This document shows, one piece after another, positions 27,588-38,134 of a DNA stretch of 64,000 bases (the first letter of the stretch is position 1; each line of letters starts with the position of its first letter). The stretch covers positions 32,001-96,000 of the IMG/VR virus record IMGVR_UViG_2929701070_000001; one strand, 5' to 3'. The notes under the pieces are model-generated. The model was not told the DNA's origin. It saw only the letters and a program-made list of their open reading frames with translations, and did not search any database. The position numbers and the translations under genes were made by a program. The stretch is from a virus. Lineage: Duplodnaviria; Caudoviricetes.

Positions 27588-28451
27588 ATGGCCGAGCATA
27601 CCTGCGCACACTGCGCCGGTCCCATCACCACCCGCACGAGCAAGGCGACCTTTTGCTCCGTCAACTGCCGTCAGGCGGCAGGTCGACGCCGGAGGGGCGA
27701 GGTCGTTGGGGCAGCCGGCAACTGCCCGGGATGCGGAGCCTCGCTCGCCGGGCGTTACCAGGGAACGAAGCACTGCTCGATTGCCTGCGCGAGGGCGGTT
27801 CAGCGGAATCCTGGAGTTCTGCTTCCGATGCTCCTGCCGATCCGTTGCCGTAGGTGCAGGGTGGAGTTGCCCGATCAGCGGGGCATCCGGGGCAAGAAGC
27901 GGCTGTGCAGCGACGACTGCCGACGGCAGAAGAAGAACGCCGTACGCCGCGCCGAACGCTTCACCATCCAATGCGTTGTCTGCCACGCATCTGTGGAGAC
28001 GGCGGACGGACAACAGCGGTACTGCTCGGTTGACTGCCGTAGGATCCGCCGCCGACACCCCCGTGACGCGAGGGTGTGCGGCCCATGTGGCTCGCCGTTC
28101 TGGCCGAACACGTCCCAGCAGATTTACTGCGGCCGGGTGTGCCGCAGGCGCGGTCATTACCTGGCGAACAAGGACCGCTATCTCTCCGACGTTCGGCTTC
28201 GCAAGGCCCGCGTTCGGGGTGTGACGACGGAGTACTTCACCAGCCTGGAAATCTACGAGCGGGACGGCTGGATCTGCGGCATCTGCCACCAGCACGTTGA
28301 TCCAAAGCTGGAGTTCCCGCACCCGTGGAGCAAGAGCCTCGATCACCGCATCCCCGTCTCCAAGGGCGGGCCACACTCCCGCGAGAACACTCAGATAGCT
28401 CACCTCCTCTGCAACCTCCGAAAGAGCGACAAGTTGCTGGAGGCCGTTTGA
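27588..28451 (+). CDS. Free-standing HNH homing endonuclease with multiple C4 Zn-finger repeats
   Basis: Five CxxC...CSxxC-type repeats; ERDGWICGIC...SLDHRIP.SKGG.H..ENTQIAHLLCNLRK. Confidence 0.85.
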   Translation: MAEHTCAHCAGPITTRTSKATFCSVNCRQAAGRRRRGEVVGAAGNCPGCGASLAGRYQGTKHCSIACARAVQRNPGVLLPMLLPIRCRRCRVELPDQRGIRGKKRLCSDDCRRQKKNAVRRAERFTIQCVVCHASVETADGQQRYCSVDCRRIRRRHPRDARVCGPCGSPFWPNTSQQIYCGRVCRRRGHYLANKDRYLSDVRLRKARVRGVTTEYFTSLEIYERDGWICGICHQHVDPKLEFPHPWSKSLDHRIPVSKGGPHSRENTQIAHLLCNLRKSDKLLEAV

Positions 28452-28469
28452 CGAGAGGACGGTGAGGTC

Positions 28470-30171
28470 ATGCCATGGAAGCCGAGTTACCCGGGGGAAG
28501 TCCCCACTCTCGGCTGGCTTTGACCTCGTCCTCGACTGGATCTCCGAGTATTTGGCGGCACCAGATCGGGCTGAGTATGAGCCCTTTGTGCCGTATTCGG
28601 AACAAGCCGAATTTCTACTGGCTTTCTATGAAATCAACCCGAGAACGGGAAAGCGTCGGCGTCGGCGGGGCGTGATCAGCCGGCCGCGTGGGTGGGGCAA
28701 GTCTCCGCTGTTGGGGGCGATCGCGCTCGCCGAGGCGTTGGGGCCGGTGGTGCCCGACGGATGGACAGCCGATGGAGAACCGGTCGGCCGTCCTTGGAGT
28801 GACATCCGCACGCCGCGGGTGGGCATCCTCGCTGTGTCGGAGGCGCAGACCGACAACACGTGGGCGCCGATGCTGGAGATGTGCGACGGCCCGCTCATGG
28901 CCGAGTACCCGGGCTTGGAACCGCTCGACACGATGGTGAACCTGCCCCGAGGGAAGATCGAAAAGGTCACCTCGTCGGCCCGTTCCGTCAAGGGCAAGCC
29001 GTTCAATTTTGCGGTGATGGACCAGACCGAGGAGTGGGTGCCGTCTAACGGCGGCCTTAACCTGTTCGAGAAGGTCAAGAACAACACGGCGAAGACCGGC
29101 GGTTCGTTCATTGAGTCGCCGAACGCGTTCATCCCCGGCGAGGGGTCGGTTGCCGAGCAGTCGGCGTCGTTCTGGGCGGCCATCAAGGAGGGCCGGGCCC
29201 GTGATGACGGCCTGTACTACGACCACCGTGAGGCGCCGGCCACCACGGACCTGACTGATCGGGAGTCGCTGATTGCTGGCCTGCGGCTGGCGTATGGGGA
29301 TTCGTCGGCGCACCCGGACGGGTGTGTGCTGCACGATCCGCCGTGCCCGCCGGGTCACACGGACCTGGACCATCTGGTTGCCACGATTTGGGATCCCACC
29401 TCGGATGAGCAGGTGTCCCGGTCGGACTTCCTCAACCAGGTCACCCACGCCTCCGACTCGTGGCTGTCGCAGCCGGAGTGGAAGGGCTGCTTCGACGGCA
29501 CGAAGGTGGTCGCCGACAAGGAGACCATCACCCTCGGCTTCGACGGCTCCCGGTCTCGCGCGAATGGGCGCACCACGGACGCGACCGCGTTGATCGCGTG
29601 TCGGGTAGAGGACGGGCACATTTTCGAGCCCCTGGACAAGTCCGTGTGGGAGCAGCCAGCGAAGATGCCGATCGGCCCCGACGGCAAGCCGACGGTGTGG
29701 CAGGTGCCGGTCCACGAGGTTGTGGCCGCCGTGCACGAGTGCTTCCGCCGATACAACGTGGTCGGGTTCTTCGCCGACCCGGCCAAGTGGGAGACGTGGA
29801 TCGCGGACTGGGAGGCCAAGTACGGCGCCCGGTTGAAGGTGAAGGCCACCCGTGACCACCCGATCGAGTGGTGGATGACGGGCGGCCGGTCGCGGCAGAT
29901 TGTGCAGGCGTTGGAGGAGTTCCACAACGCTGTGGTCACCCGGGAGTTGACCCACGACGGCTCGTACGCCCTGACACGTCATGTACTTCATGCTCGCCGC
30001 CGGTACAAGGCGGGCTCGGGGATGCAGATAGCGAAATCCCACCCAGACAGTGCCGACAAGATCGATGCCGCGGTTGCGGCCGTGCTCGCCTGGCAGGCGC
30101 GGATGGCGGCCGTGGCCGCCGGTGTGGAGACGAAGCAGCGGCGACCGTACCGGGTGAAGCGGCTCCGATAG
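28470..30171 (+). CDS. terL: Terminase large subunit; the N-terminal 17 codons are in a different frame (recoding or frameshift at 28518-28527)
   Basis: ATG 28470 gives MPWKPSYPGEVPTLGWL-stop; +1 frame continues LVLDWISEYLAAPD; Walker A RPRGWGKS, nuclease LGFDGS..DATAL, KIDAAVA. Confidence 0.9.
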
Positions 30172-30206
30172 GCAAATCGCCGACGGCTACCAGGAAGGGG
30201 GTGGCC

Positions 30207-31736
30207 GTGGCGATCAACATCGAGGTGCCCCGCAGCCCCGGCTGGTGGATGGCGCGGCTGTTCAAGAAGCTGCACGACCGGCAGCGCGTTGACCGGCTGG
30301 AGTTGCTGCACAACTACCTGCACGGTAAGCCTCGGTTGCCGCAGGGCGCGGAGAACGTGCGGGAGATGTTCGCGCAGTTCCAGCGCAAGGCGTGCGTGAA
30401 CGTGCCCGCGGTGGTGGTGGGGTCGGTGTCGGATCGGCTTCGTCCGGTCGGTTTCAAAACGGCAGTTGACCAGGACGTTTCCGGTGACCAGCAGGCGTCG
30501 GACGTGTGGGAACGGACCGGCCTGAACATCATCGCCGCGGACGTGCACGACATGATGCTGAACCTCGGTGAGGCGTACGTGATTGTGGGTCCGGTCGATG
30601 ACGACACGGGGGCGCCGGTCATCACGGCTGAGGATCCGCGGTTCATGGTGGCGGAGGCTGACCCGGCGAAGCCGCAGAAGCTGCTGGCGGCGTTGAAGGT
30701 GCTGCACGACGACATTGACGGCGTGCACCGGGCGTACCTGTATCTGCCGGGCCGGGTGTATGTGGCGTTCACTCCGTCGAAGGTGGCGCAGGCGAGGCCC
30801 CGGTTTTCGTCGGCGTCGTGGTCGTGGGATGCGAGCAAGGGCGGCGAGGACGGCCAGAAGCTCACGCACGACCGGATGCCGGTGGTGCGGTTCCTGAACA
30901 AGGACGGTGCCGGCGAGTACGAGCACCACCTGGACCTGATCGACCGGATCAACCACAACATCCTCCAGCGGCTCGTGATCGCCAGCGGACAGGCATTCCG
31001 GCAAATGGCCGTGTCGGGGCTGCCGGACGAGGACGCAGACGGCAACGAGATCGACTGGTCCGACTCGTTCGTGATGATGCCGGGCGCCATGTGGCAGTTG
31101 CCGCCGGAAGCGGAGATGTGGGAGTCGCAGGTCACCGACCTGCGACCGATCATCGAAGCGTCCCGTGACGACTTCCGTCAGGTCTCCATGGCCACCGGCA
31201 CCCCCATGTACATGATGGTGCCGGACGGGCAGAACCAGTCGGCGACCGGCGCGGGCCTGTACCGGGAGCAGTTGGTGTTCCGGGCGAGGGACCGCCGGGA
31301 ACGGGCGACCGGCCGGTGGGCTGAGGTGATGTCGCTGGCGTTCGAGGAACTGGGTGACACCAAGCGCGCGGACGTGGCGACCTTGCGAACGCAGTGGGCG
31401 CCGGTGGAGCAGTTGTCGCTGGCGGAGAAGGCCGACGCGGCGGCGAAGGCGCAGAACGACATGCCGCGCCGGTCCCGGCTGATCGAAATTTGGGGCTGCA
31501 CCCCGGATCAGGCTGACCGGATGATGTCGGAGTGGCAGGACGAGCAGGTGTTCGCCATGCAGCTCGCGGCGATGCAGGCCGCCCAGAATCAGCTCCAGGC
31601 GGGTGGGCAGCCGCCGATTCGGGCTATCGCGTCCACGCCGGCGCAGCCGCAGGTGCCGCCGGCTGAGGATCCGCTGGCCGGGCTTGACCTCAACCAGATC
31701 GCGAGCACGGATCCGGTGACGACGGCGGTGAACTGA
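30207..31736 (+). CDS. Portal protein
   Basis: Position after terL; ~510 aa; LIDRIN...FRQ, SLAEKADAA motifs of SPP1-type actinophage portals. Confidence 0.85.
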   Translation: MAINIEVPRSPGWWMARLFKKLHDRQRVDRLELLHNYLHGKPRLPQGAENVREMFAQFQRKACVNVPAVVVGSVSDRLRPVGFKTAVDQDVSGDQQASDVWERTGLNIIAADVHDMMLNLGEAYVIVGPVDDDTGAPVITAEDPRFMVAEADPAKPQKLLAALKVLHDDIDGVHRAYLYLPGRVYVAFTPSKVAQARPRFSSASWSWDASKGGEDGQKLTHDRMPVVRFLNKDGAGEYEHHLDLIDRINHNILQRLVIASGQAFRQMAVSGLPDEDADGNEIDWSDSFVMMPGAMWQLPPEAEMWESQVTDLRPIIEASRDDFRQVSMATGTPMYMMVPDGQNQSATGAGLYREQLVFRARDRRERATGRWAEVMSLAFEELGDTKRADVATLRTQWAPVEQLSLAEKADAAAKAQNDMPRRSRLIEIWGCTPDQADRMMSEWQDEQVFAMQLAAMQAAQNQLQAGGQPPIRAIASTPAQPQVPPAEDPLAGLDLNQIASTDPVTTAVN

Positions 31737-31737
31737 C

Positions 31738-32979
31738 GTGCCGACCGACGATGGGAAGCTCACCGCCTCCGAGGCCGCCGCCATGTATGCGCTGGTGCAG
31801 GCGCAGGCCGCGTTGCGGCAGCAGATCACCCAGATGGCTGTGGCGGCGGCGACGTTGCCGTGGACGACGTTCTCGGGCTGGTTCTCGTCGGCGGAGATCG
31901 GTCAGCTTGTGGCGAGTGTGTTGCGGATCGTGCAGCCGCTGCAACGGCAGGCCGCGCAGGTCACCGACGCGTTCCTGGCCCGGCAGATGTCCATCACACT
32001 CGGCCGGCGCGTGGAGCCGGTCGGGGTGATCGACGTGACCCGGCTGCGGCGGGCCCTGCCCGAGCCGGGCGACGCCCGGGAAAACCCGACCGCCGGGTCG
32101 ATCGACCTGGCCGATGTGGGGGAGGGCCGCGACCAGTCGTGGTTCACCGGCAACTTCATCCCCCGCGACACCCCCGAGATCGTGGACTACAGCCTGCCCG
32201 AGGACGGCCGCGGGTGGATGAACCCGATGGTCGTGTACGGGCGGCCGGCGGACACCTACCGCTATCTCGTCAGCGAGCAGGACGTCGCGCCGGCCGTCGC
32301 GGTGCAGCGGGCGGTGCTGCGGGCGCAGCAGATCGCCGAGATGGACGTCGCCCTCGCCATCCGGGAGCAGTCCCGCAAGGCTGTTGTGCTGAACCGGGCG
32401 GCGACTGGGTTCCGGCGGATTCTGCACCCCGAGCTGTCGCAGTCGGGTTTGTCGTGCGGCTTGTGCGTGGTGGCCGCGGACAGGATCTACACCAAGGGTG
32501 AGCTGTTGCCGCTGCATCCGGGCTGCAACTGTGAGGTCGCGCCGATCGTCAACGGCGTCGACCCCGGTTTGACGCTCAACGACGCTGACCTGTCCCGCCT
32601 GTACGAGGCGGCGGGCGGCACCACGTCGGGCCGGAAGCTCCAAAACCGGGTGCGGGTGTCAATCACCGAGCACGGCGAGCTGGGTCCGATCCTGGTCCGC
32701 TCGAACCATCACTTCCGTGACCCGTCCGAGGTTGCGCGGAGCAAGGCCGAGCAGTCGGAGTCGACGCGCAGGCGCCGCTCCGACCAGGCCGCCGCCCGCC
32801 GCGTCCGCACGGTCATCGACAGCAGCGACCCGGCGGAGTTCATGCGCAGGCGTATCGCCGCGTTGGAGGAATCGATCGCCGCGATGGAACGTCTCCAGGC
32901 GGCCGGTGAGGACTTCGCCGATCAGATCATGCAGCGGCGCATCGACGTTGAGCGGCTGCGTAACACAGTGCAGCTGTAG
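31738..32979 (+). CDS. Minor head/MuF-like protein
   Basis: GFRRILHPE...CGLCVVAADRIY...PLHPGCNC. Confidence 0.75.
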   Translation: MPTDDGKLTASEAAAMYALVQAQAALRQQITQMAVAAATLPWTTFSGWFSSAEIGQLVASVLRIVQPLQRQAAQVTDAFLARQMSITLGRRVEPVGVIDVTRLRRALPEPGDARENPTAGSIDLADVGEGRDQSWFTGNFIPRDTPEIVDYSLPEDGRGWMNPMVVYGRPADTYRYLVSEQDVAPAVAVQRAVLRAQQIAEMDVALAIREQSRKAVVLNRAATGFRRILHPELSQSGLSCGLCVVAADRIYTKGELLPLHPGCNCEVAPIVNGVDPGLTLNDADLSRLYEAAGGTTSGRKLQNRVRVSITEHGELGPILVRSNHHFRDPSEVARSKAEQSESTRRRRSDQAAARRVRTVIDSSDPAEFMRRRIAALEESIAAMERLQAAGEDFADQIMQRRIDVERLRNTVQL

Positions 32980-33074
32980 CTGCCCCTGAACGGGGGCCGG
33001 TTAGGTGAGCGGGGATGCCACCTGGTCGGCCCCTTCAAGCATCCCCAAGCATCCCCAGTTGTTGGAGCCCACCC

Positions 33075-34920
33075 ATGTCACTTGTTGAGCACGCCAAGCG
33101 TGAACTGGAGTTGTGCGGCCAGTTCGCGGAAGACCCGGCGTACGCGCAGTCCCTTGTCGCGGCGGTGGCGGCGTTCGCCTCGTACGGCCACTCCGGCGGG
33201 TCCGCTGGCATCGCCATTCACCAGCTCACCACGCTGCTCCAATACGGCAACCTTGCGCCGTTGACGGACGCCCCGGACGAGTGGATGCACGTGACCGACG
33301 CCGATGGCGGCCTGTGGCAGAACCGCCGCAACTCGGAGGCGTTCTCCACCGACGGCGGCAAAACCTACTACCTGCTCAGCGAGCGGACCGGCGACAAGAA
33401 GGTCATGCACCGGTCGAAGCCGGCGAAGGCGGGTGCGTGATGGCCCGTATCCAGATCCTCCAGTTGCCGCCGTACGGACCTGACGGTGAGCAGCCGTTCG
33501 CGCTGATCGTGGACCAGTGCGAGATGGCCTTCCCGATCCGCCAACTCACTGGCTCGGATCCGAGCGAGGCGCAGCCGTTCGAGGTGCGATCGTCCAGTCT
33601 GGTGGCCGTGCCGCCGGTCGATGTCACCGAGGGCGAATCGGAGCAGGACCGCTGGCAGCGGTTCGCCGAGCAGATCGGTGCCCGTGGCGCGTTCGTCACC
33701 CCGGAGCGTGTCGACATCGCGGACGAGGAGCCCAGCGACGACATGCTGATCCAGTTCGACCACGCTGCGCTGCTCGACACGGTCAGCACCGCCGTGCGGG
33801 CGCACTTGGAGTCGACGGAGGCGTCGGACGCGTTCCGCGCGGACATGGAGCGGCGTGCCGCGGCAGCAAGGGTCGACGGCTGATGCACGCCTTCTCGGTC
33901 GACTACCGCAAGCGTGATGGTGCCGCCAGTTCGGGCGGCCGGGTGTCGCGTGGCTTCTGGCTGAACGGCATCCCGCGTCCGCTGATCCTGTGCCGCATGT
34001 TCGGCCACCGTCCCGTGGTGGATGGCACCACAGGGTTCCGCGATGGGGACCTCGGTTCGCGGTGGGTGGTGTGTGACCGCTGCGGTGTGCGCCCCGACCC
34101 GCAGAGCAGCCTTGACCCGGTCCGGTGGAACATTGGCGACCGGTACGGCGGCCCGTGGCAGAGCTCGCCGTCCGGCAAGGTGAAGCGCGATGCGGTGCTG
34201 ACCCCGCAGATGCTTCCGGGACCGTGGCCGGTAAAGCCGACCGGCAAGCTCGGCGGTCAGATCGTGCTCGGCACCCGCGACCTCACGACTGGCGTCACGC
34301 TCAAGGTCGGCAACAAGGGCTCCGAGCACACTCTCGCCGCCAGCTTCCACGTGCCGTGGATTGGGGCGCTGTACCTGCACACCGAGCGGTTCGGTGCAGG
34401 TGTGGTGCGGCGGCTCAACCCGGTTGGCTACGACTCGCGGGTTGTTGAGTTGCGGGCGCACGACGGACACCTGTTCTGGCGGCTGTGGGCTAGGCGGGAC
34501 CACTGGTCCCGTAGCGATCCGTGGTGGATGCACGGGTCGGTGCAGATCGACCCCCGCACGATGCTGCTCGGGCCGAAGCGGTACGTGTACACCAACCACG
34601 GGTCGAAGGTCACCGAGACAGTGCGAATGCCGCACGGCGACAGCCACCAGGTGCAGTTGCAGTTGCAACGTTGCGCGTTCGGCCGCAAGCGGGGCCGGAA
34701 GAAGCTGTCGTGGTCGGTGGACTGGGAGGCCCCGAGCGGGATCCCGACCAAGCCGACCGACCGGGGCCGCGTTTACGGCTCCGGGGTGCCGGTGACCGAC
34801 GCGTCGGTTGCGGCCGGCACCTGGCAGTTTGAGGCCGCCGTCCGCATCGCCGAGCGGATGACCGAGCAGCGCACCCGCAACGACTGGCGGCCGGAGAGAA
34901 CGGCGACGGCACGTTCATGA
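33075..34920 (+). other. Three coupled hypothetical genes inserted in the head module (33075-33440, 33440-33883, 33883-34920)
   Basis: TGATG stop/start overlaps; no recognisable structural motifs. Confidence 0.6.
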
Positions 34921-34958
34921 CCGACAGGTTCGGTACGTAACTCGAAAGGTGGTGCGGC

Positions 34959-35237
34959 ATGGCCGGATCTCCACAGCATGTGACCTTGGCTGCCGGCACC
35001 GTCACCACGCTGACGTTCGATGAGGACTTCGCGCAGGTGGAGGTGCTGAACGTGGATGGTGCTGCCGCCGTCTACTTCCGCGCCGACGGGTTGAATCCGA
35101 CTGTGGGTGGTGTCGGCTCACACGTGATCCCAGCCGTGATCGGTGGTCTGATCGTGCCGCCCAAAACCACCGGGAACACTGTCGTCAAGCTCATCTCGGC
35201 GGGGACGCCGCAGGTGTCGGTGAGGGGGCTGCCGTGA
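34959..35237 (+). CDS. Small beta-rich virion-type protein
   Basis: Gly/Val/Thr-rich; coupled to the next gene. Confidence 0.55.
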   Translation: MAGSPQHVTLAAGTVTTLTFDEDFAQVEVLNVDGAAAVYFRADGLNPTVGGVGSHVIPAVIGGLIVPPKTTGNTVVKLISAGTPQVSVRGLP

Positions 35238-35725
35238 CCCGCACCGTGTACGGTCCGCCATCTGGTGGTGGGGGCATTGAACCGCACGCCGCGACGCATC
35301 AGCCGGGCGGCAGCGACCCGATGGTCGCCGACGCCGCCGCTGGTATCGCGAGCCTGAGGTCTCTCGGCACTGGCGCCACGCAGGCGGCGGCGGGTAACGA
35401 CGTGCGCCTGTCGGACGCGCGCCCGCCGACGGCGCACACGCACACGGCCGCCCAGATTTCCGACTCGACCGTGATCGGCCGGTCGGTGCTGACTGCGGCG
35501 GATGCTGCGGCGGCGCGAACCGCGATCGGTGCTGGCACGTCCAACCTGGTGTTGGGTGCGACCGGCACCACTGCGGCGGCCGGCAACCACACCCACGCTG
35601 GTCTGCTGACCGGGTCGGCGACGGCGGTCAACAACAGCACCGCCACCGATGTGCCCGGCCTGGTGGCTGACTTCAACAACCTGCTCGCCGCGCTTCGGGC
35701 GCGGGGAATCATCACCGGCGCGTAG
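35234..35725 (+). CDS. Head-fibre-like protein
   Basis: HTH repeats, GNDVRLSDAR, C-terminal LVADFNNLLAALRARGII. Confidence 0.65.
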   Translation: MTRTVYGPPSGGGGIEPHAATHQPGGSDPMVADAAAGIASLRSLGTGATQAAAGNDVRLSDARPPTAHTHTAAQISDSTVIGRSVLTAADAAAARTAIGAGTSNLVLGATGTTAAAGNHTHAGLLTGSATAVNNSTATDVPGLVADFNNLLAALRARGIITGA

Positions 35726-35745
35726 CCCGGTACCGCGCACCACAC

Positions 35746-35770
35746 GCCCGCCCACTGTGGCGGGTTTTTT
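35746..35770 (+). terminator. Intrinsic terminator
   Basis: CCCGCC(C)ACTGTGGCGGG hairpin followed by TTTTTT. Confidence 0.65.
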
Positions 35771-35813
35771 CATGCCCGACACGGGCGCCACCTACCCGAC
35801 ATGGGAGTCCGCA

Positions 35814-36614
35814 GTGACCGCACCGACCGAGCCGACGACTGCCCCGGCGGTCCCGGCGCAGCCCGCCCAGACCACCCCGCCCGCCCAGCCGCCGGCCGCG
35901 CCGCCGGTGCCCAGCCCCTCGCAGGTGTTCCCGCCCCAGCAGCCCGCCGCGCAGCTGGCCACCCCGGCGCAGCCAGCCCTCGGTAACGGGGAGCACGGCT
36001 ACCCGGAGAACACGCCGCTGGCGCAGATGAACGCCGACCAGCGTGAGGCGTACTGGCGCCATCAGGCACGCAAGCACGAGAACACCGTCAAGGCACGCGC
36101 CGACTACGACGACCTCAAGGCCAAGGCCGCCGAGTTCGACAAGCTCCAGGCCGCGAACCAGACGGAGATGCAGCGGGCCGTCGCCGAAGCCGAACAGCGC
36201 GCCCGCACCGACGCCCTTACCCAGGCCGGCGCGAAGATCGCCGAAACGGCCCTGCGGACCAGCCTCAAGCTGGCGAAGGGCATGGACGACGCAGAGATCG
36301 ACCGCATCGTCGGCCCCCTGAACTGCAACTACTTCCTCAGCGGCGACGGGCTCAGCGTGGACACCGACAAGGTGACCACCTACCTGAACACCGTCGCCGC
36401 GCCCGCGCCGGCTGCCCCGGCGCCCGCCCCGGCCGCTGCGGCGGCCATCCCGCCCGCCGCCGCGCAGCCCGCCACGGGAGCCGTCCGGCAGGTGCCCGAC
36501 ATGGGCCAGGGCAACCGCACCGCAACACCCTCCGGTGGCCTCGCGGCCGGCGCGGAACGCGCCAAGGCGTACCTCGCCAAGCAGCAGGGCTCCAAGCCCG
36601 TCATCACCAGGTAG
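35814..36614 (+). CDS. Capsid scaffolding protein
   Basis: Pro-rich N-terminus, GYPENTP..M...AYWRHQARKHE, coiled coil, C-terminal DMGQG. Confidence 0.85.
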   Translation: MTAPTEPTTAPAVPAQPAQTTPPAQPPAAPPVPSPSQVFPPQQPAAQLATPAQPALGNGEHGYPENTPLAQMNADQREAYWRHQARKHENTVKARADYDDLKAKAAEFDKLQAANQTEMQRAVAEAEQRARTDALTQAGAKIAETALRTSLKLAKGMDDAEIDRIVGPLNCNYFLSGDGLSVDTDKVTTYLNTVAAPAPAAPAPAPAAAAAIPPAAAQPATGAVRQVPDMGQGNRTATPSGGLAAGAERAKAYLAKQQGSKPVITR

Positions 36615-36665
36615 CAGAAGCCGCCTCGGCACCGGGCGCATCGCTGATCTCAAAGGAGTAACCAC

Positions 36666-37070
36666 ATGGACCTCACCGTCCGCACCGTGGGCTACCAGAC
36701 CGAGGACCACTCGTGGCTCGGCTCCGCTCACGGCACCGAGGCGACCGACAAGATCGTCCTCGACCTGTCCCTGTTCACCGCTGGCACCCACTACCCGAAC
36801 GGGTTCATCCCGTCGGGCATGACGGTCGCGAAGGTCACCACGGCCGGCGCGAACCAGGGCATGTACGGCCCGTACAACAACGCGCTGACCAACGGCCAGG
36901 AAGTTCTGGCCGGGCACCTGTACACCAACGTCGCCGTGAACACCGGTTCCACGCGCGCCGCCGGTGCCCTCCTCAACCACGGGAAGGTCCGCGAGGCCAA
37001 CCTGCCCGCCAACCACGGTCTCGACGCCGCCGGCAAGACGGACGTCGCCGGCCGGATCCAGTACAAGTAA
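36666..37070 (+). CDS. Head decoration protein
   Basis: SWLGSAHGT, YPNGFIPSG, YGPY; lies between scaffold and capsid genes. Confidence 0.8.
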   Translation: MDLTVRTVGYQTEDHSWLGSAHGTEATDKIVLDLSLFTAGTHYPNGFIPSGMTVAKVTTAGANQGMYGPYNNALTNGQEVLAGHLYTNVAVNTGSTRAAGALLNHGKVREANLPANHGLDAAGKTDVAGRIQYK

Positions 37071-37085
37071 GGAGACGGCTGACCG

Positions 37086-38120
37086 ATGGCACTCAACTTC
37101 GACCTCGTGGACCCGGCCGAACTGACCGGGTTCGTGCGGACCCTGCCGGGGCCCGCCACCTACACCCTCAACCAGTTCTTGAACGACGACAACATCGGCG
37201 ACATCGACGCCGAGTTCGACACGCTCATCGAGACCAACCGGGCCGCCCGGTTCCGCGCATGGGACTCGGAAACCGATGTGGGCAAGCGAAACCGGCTTGA
37301 GCGCAAGCGCGTCTCGCTCCCGCCCCTCGGCCAGAAGCTCGTCGTCGGCGAGGAGGCCCGGCTGCGGCTGGAGATGGCTCGCGCCGGCGGTGACAACTCC
37401 AACGGCATGATCCGGGCGATCTACAACGACGCGGTGACCAACACCAACGCGGTCCTCGCCCGCATGGAACTGGCCCGCGGCCAGGTGCTCACCACCGGCA
37501 AGATGGACCTCACTCAGGACGGTCTGGCCGGCATCCAGGCCGACTATGGCGTGGATCCGTCGCACTTCCCGGTCGCCACCACGGTGTGGACGGACTACGT
37601 CGACTCGGACCCGCTGGAGGACATGCGGACCTGGGCGGACCTGTACACCCTCGACTCGGGTGAGCCGCCGGCGTACGCGCTGACGTCCCGCACCGCCGTC
37701 GGGCACATGCTGCGCAACAACAAGGTGCGCGGGCTGGCCGCCGCGAACGGCGTCACCCCGTCGATGATCTCACGCCAGCAGCTCAACCAGCTGCTGGAGT
37801 CGTTCGACCTGCCGATGCTGGTGGAGTACAACACCCTCATCGACGTGGACGGCACCTCCACCCGGCCGATCCCCAACGACAAGATGGTGTTCCTGCCGGC
37901 CAACCCGCGCAGCCTGGGCCGCACCATGTGGGGCATCACCGCGGAGGCGCTGGAGCTGGTTGGCCTGGACAACCCGGCGATCACCTTCGAGGAGGCCCCC
38001 GGCCTGGTCGGTGTGGTGACTCGCGAGGGGGATCCCGTGAGGACCTGGACCAAGGTCACCGGTGTGGGTATGCCCGTCATCGAGGACCCCCGCAAGCTGC
38101 TCACCGCCGAACTGTTCTGA
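37086..38120 (+). CDS. Major capsid protein (lambda gpE-like family)
   Basis: 344 aa; ARFRAWDSET, LPPLGQKL, ARMELARGQVLTTGK, WG.TAE, W.K...GMPV. Confidence 0.9.
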   Translation: MALNFDLVDPAELTGFVRTLPGPATYTLNQFLNDDNIGDIDAEFDTLIETNRAARFRAWDSETDVGKRNRLERKRVSLPPLGQKLVVGEEARLRLEMARAGGDNSNGMIRAIYNDAVTNTNAVLARMELARGQVLTTGKMDLTQDGLAGIQADYGVDPSHFPVATTVWTDYVDSDPLEDMRTWADLYTLDSGEPPAYALTSRTAVGHMLRNNKVRGLAAANGVTPSMISRQQLNQLLESFDLPMLVEYNTLIDVDGTSTRPIPNDKMVFLPANPRSLGRTMWGITAEALELVGLDNPAITFEEAPGLVGVVTREGDPVRTWTKVTGVGMPVIEDPRKLLTAELF

Positions 38121-38134
38121 GAGGGGACCTGATC

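Noticed and set aside
28462-28520. ORF-track start of terL at GTG 28462 (MRSCHGSRV...)
   Set aside because: The peptide looks non-conserved and SD spacing is poor, whereas ATG 28470 gives a typical TerL N-terminus; not fully excluded
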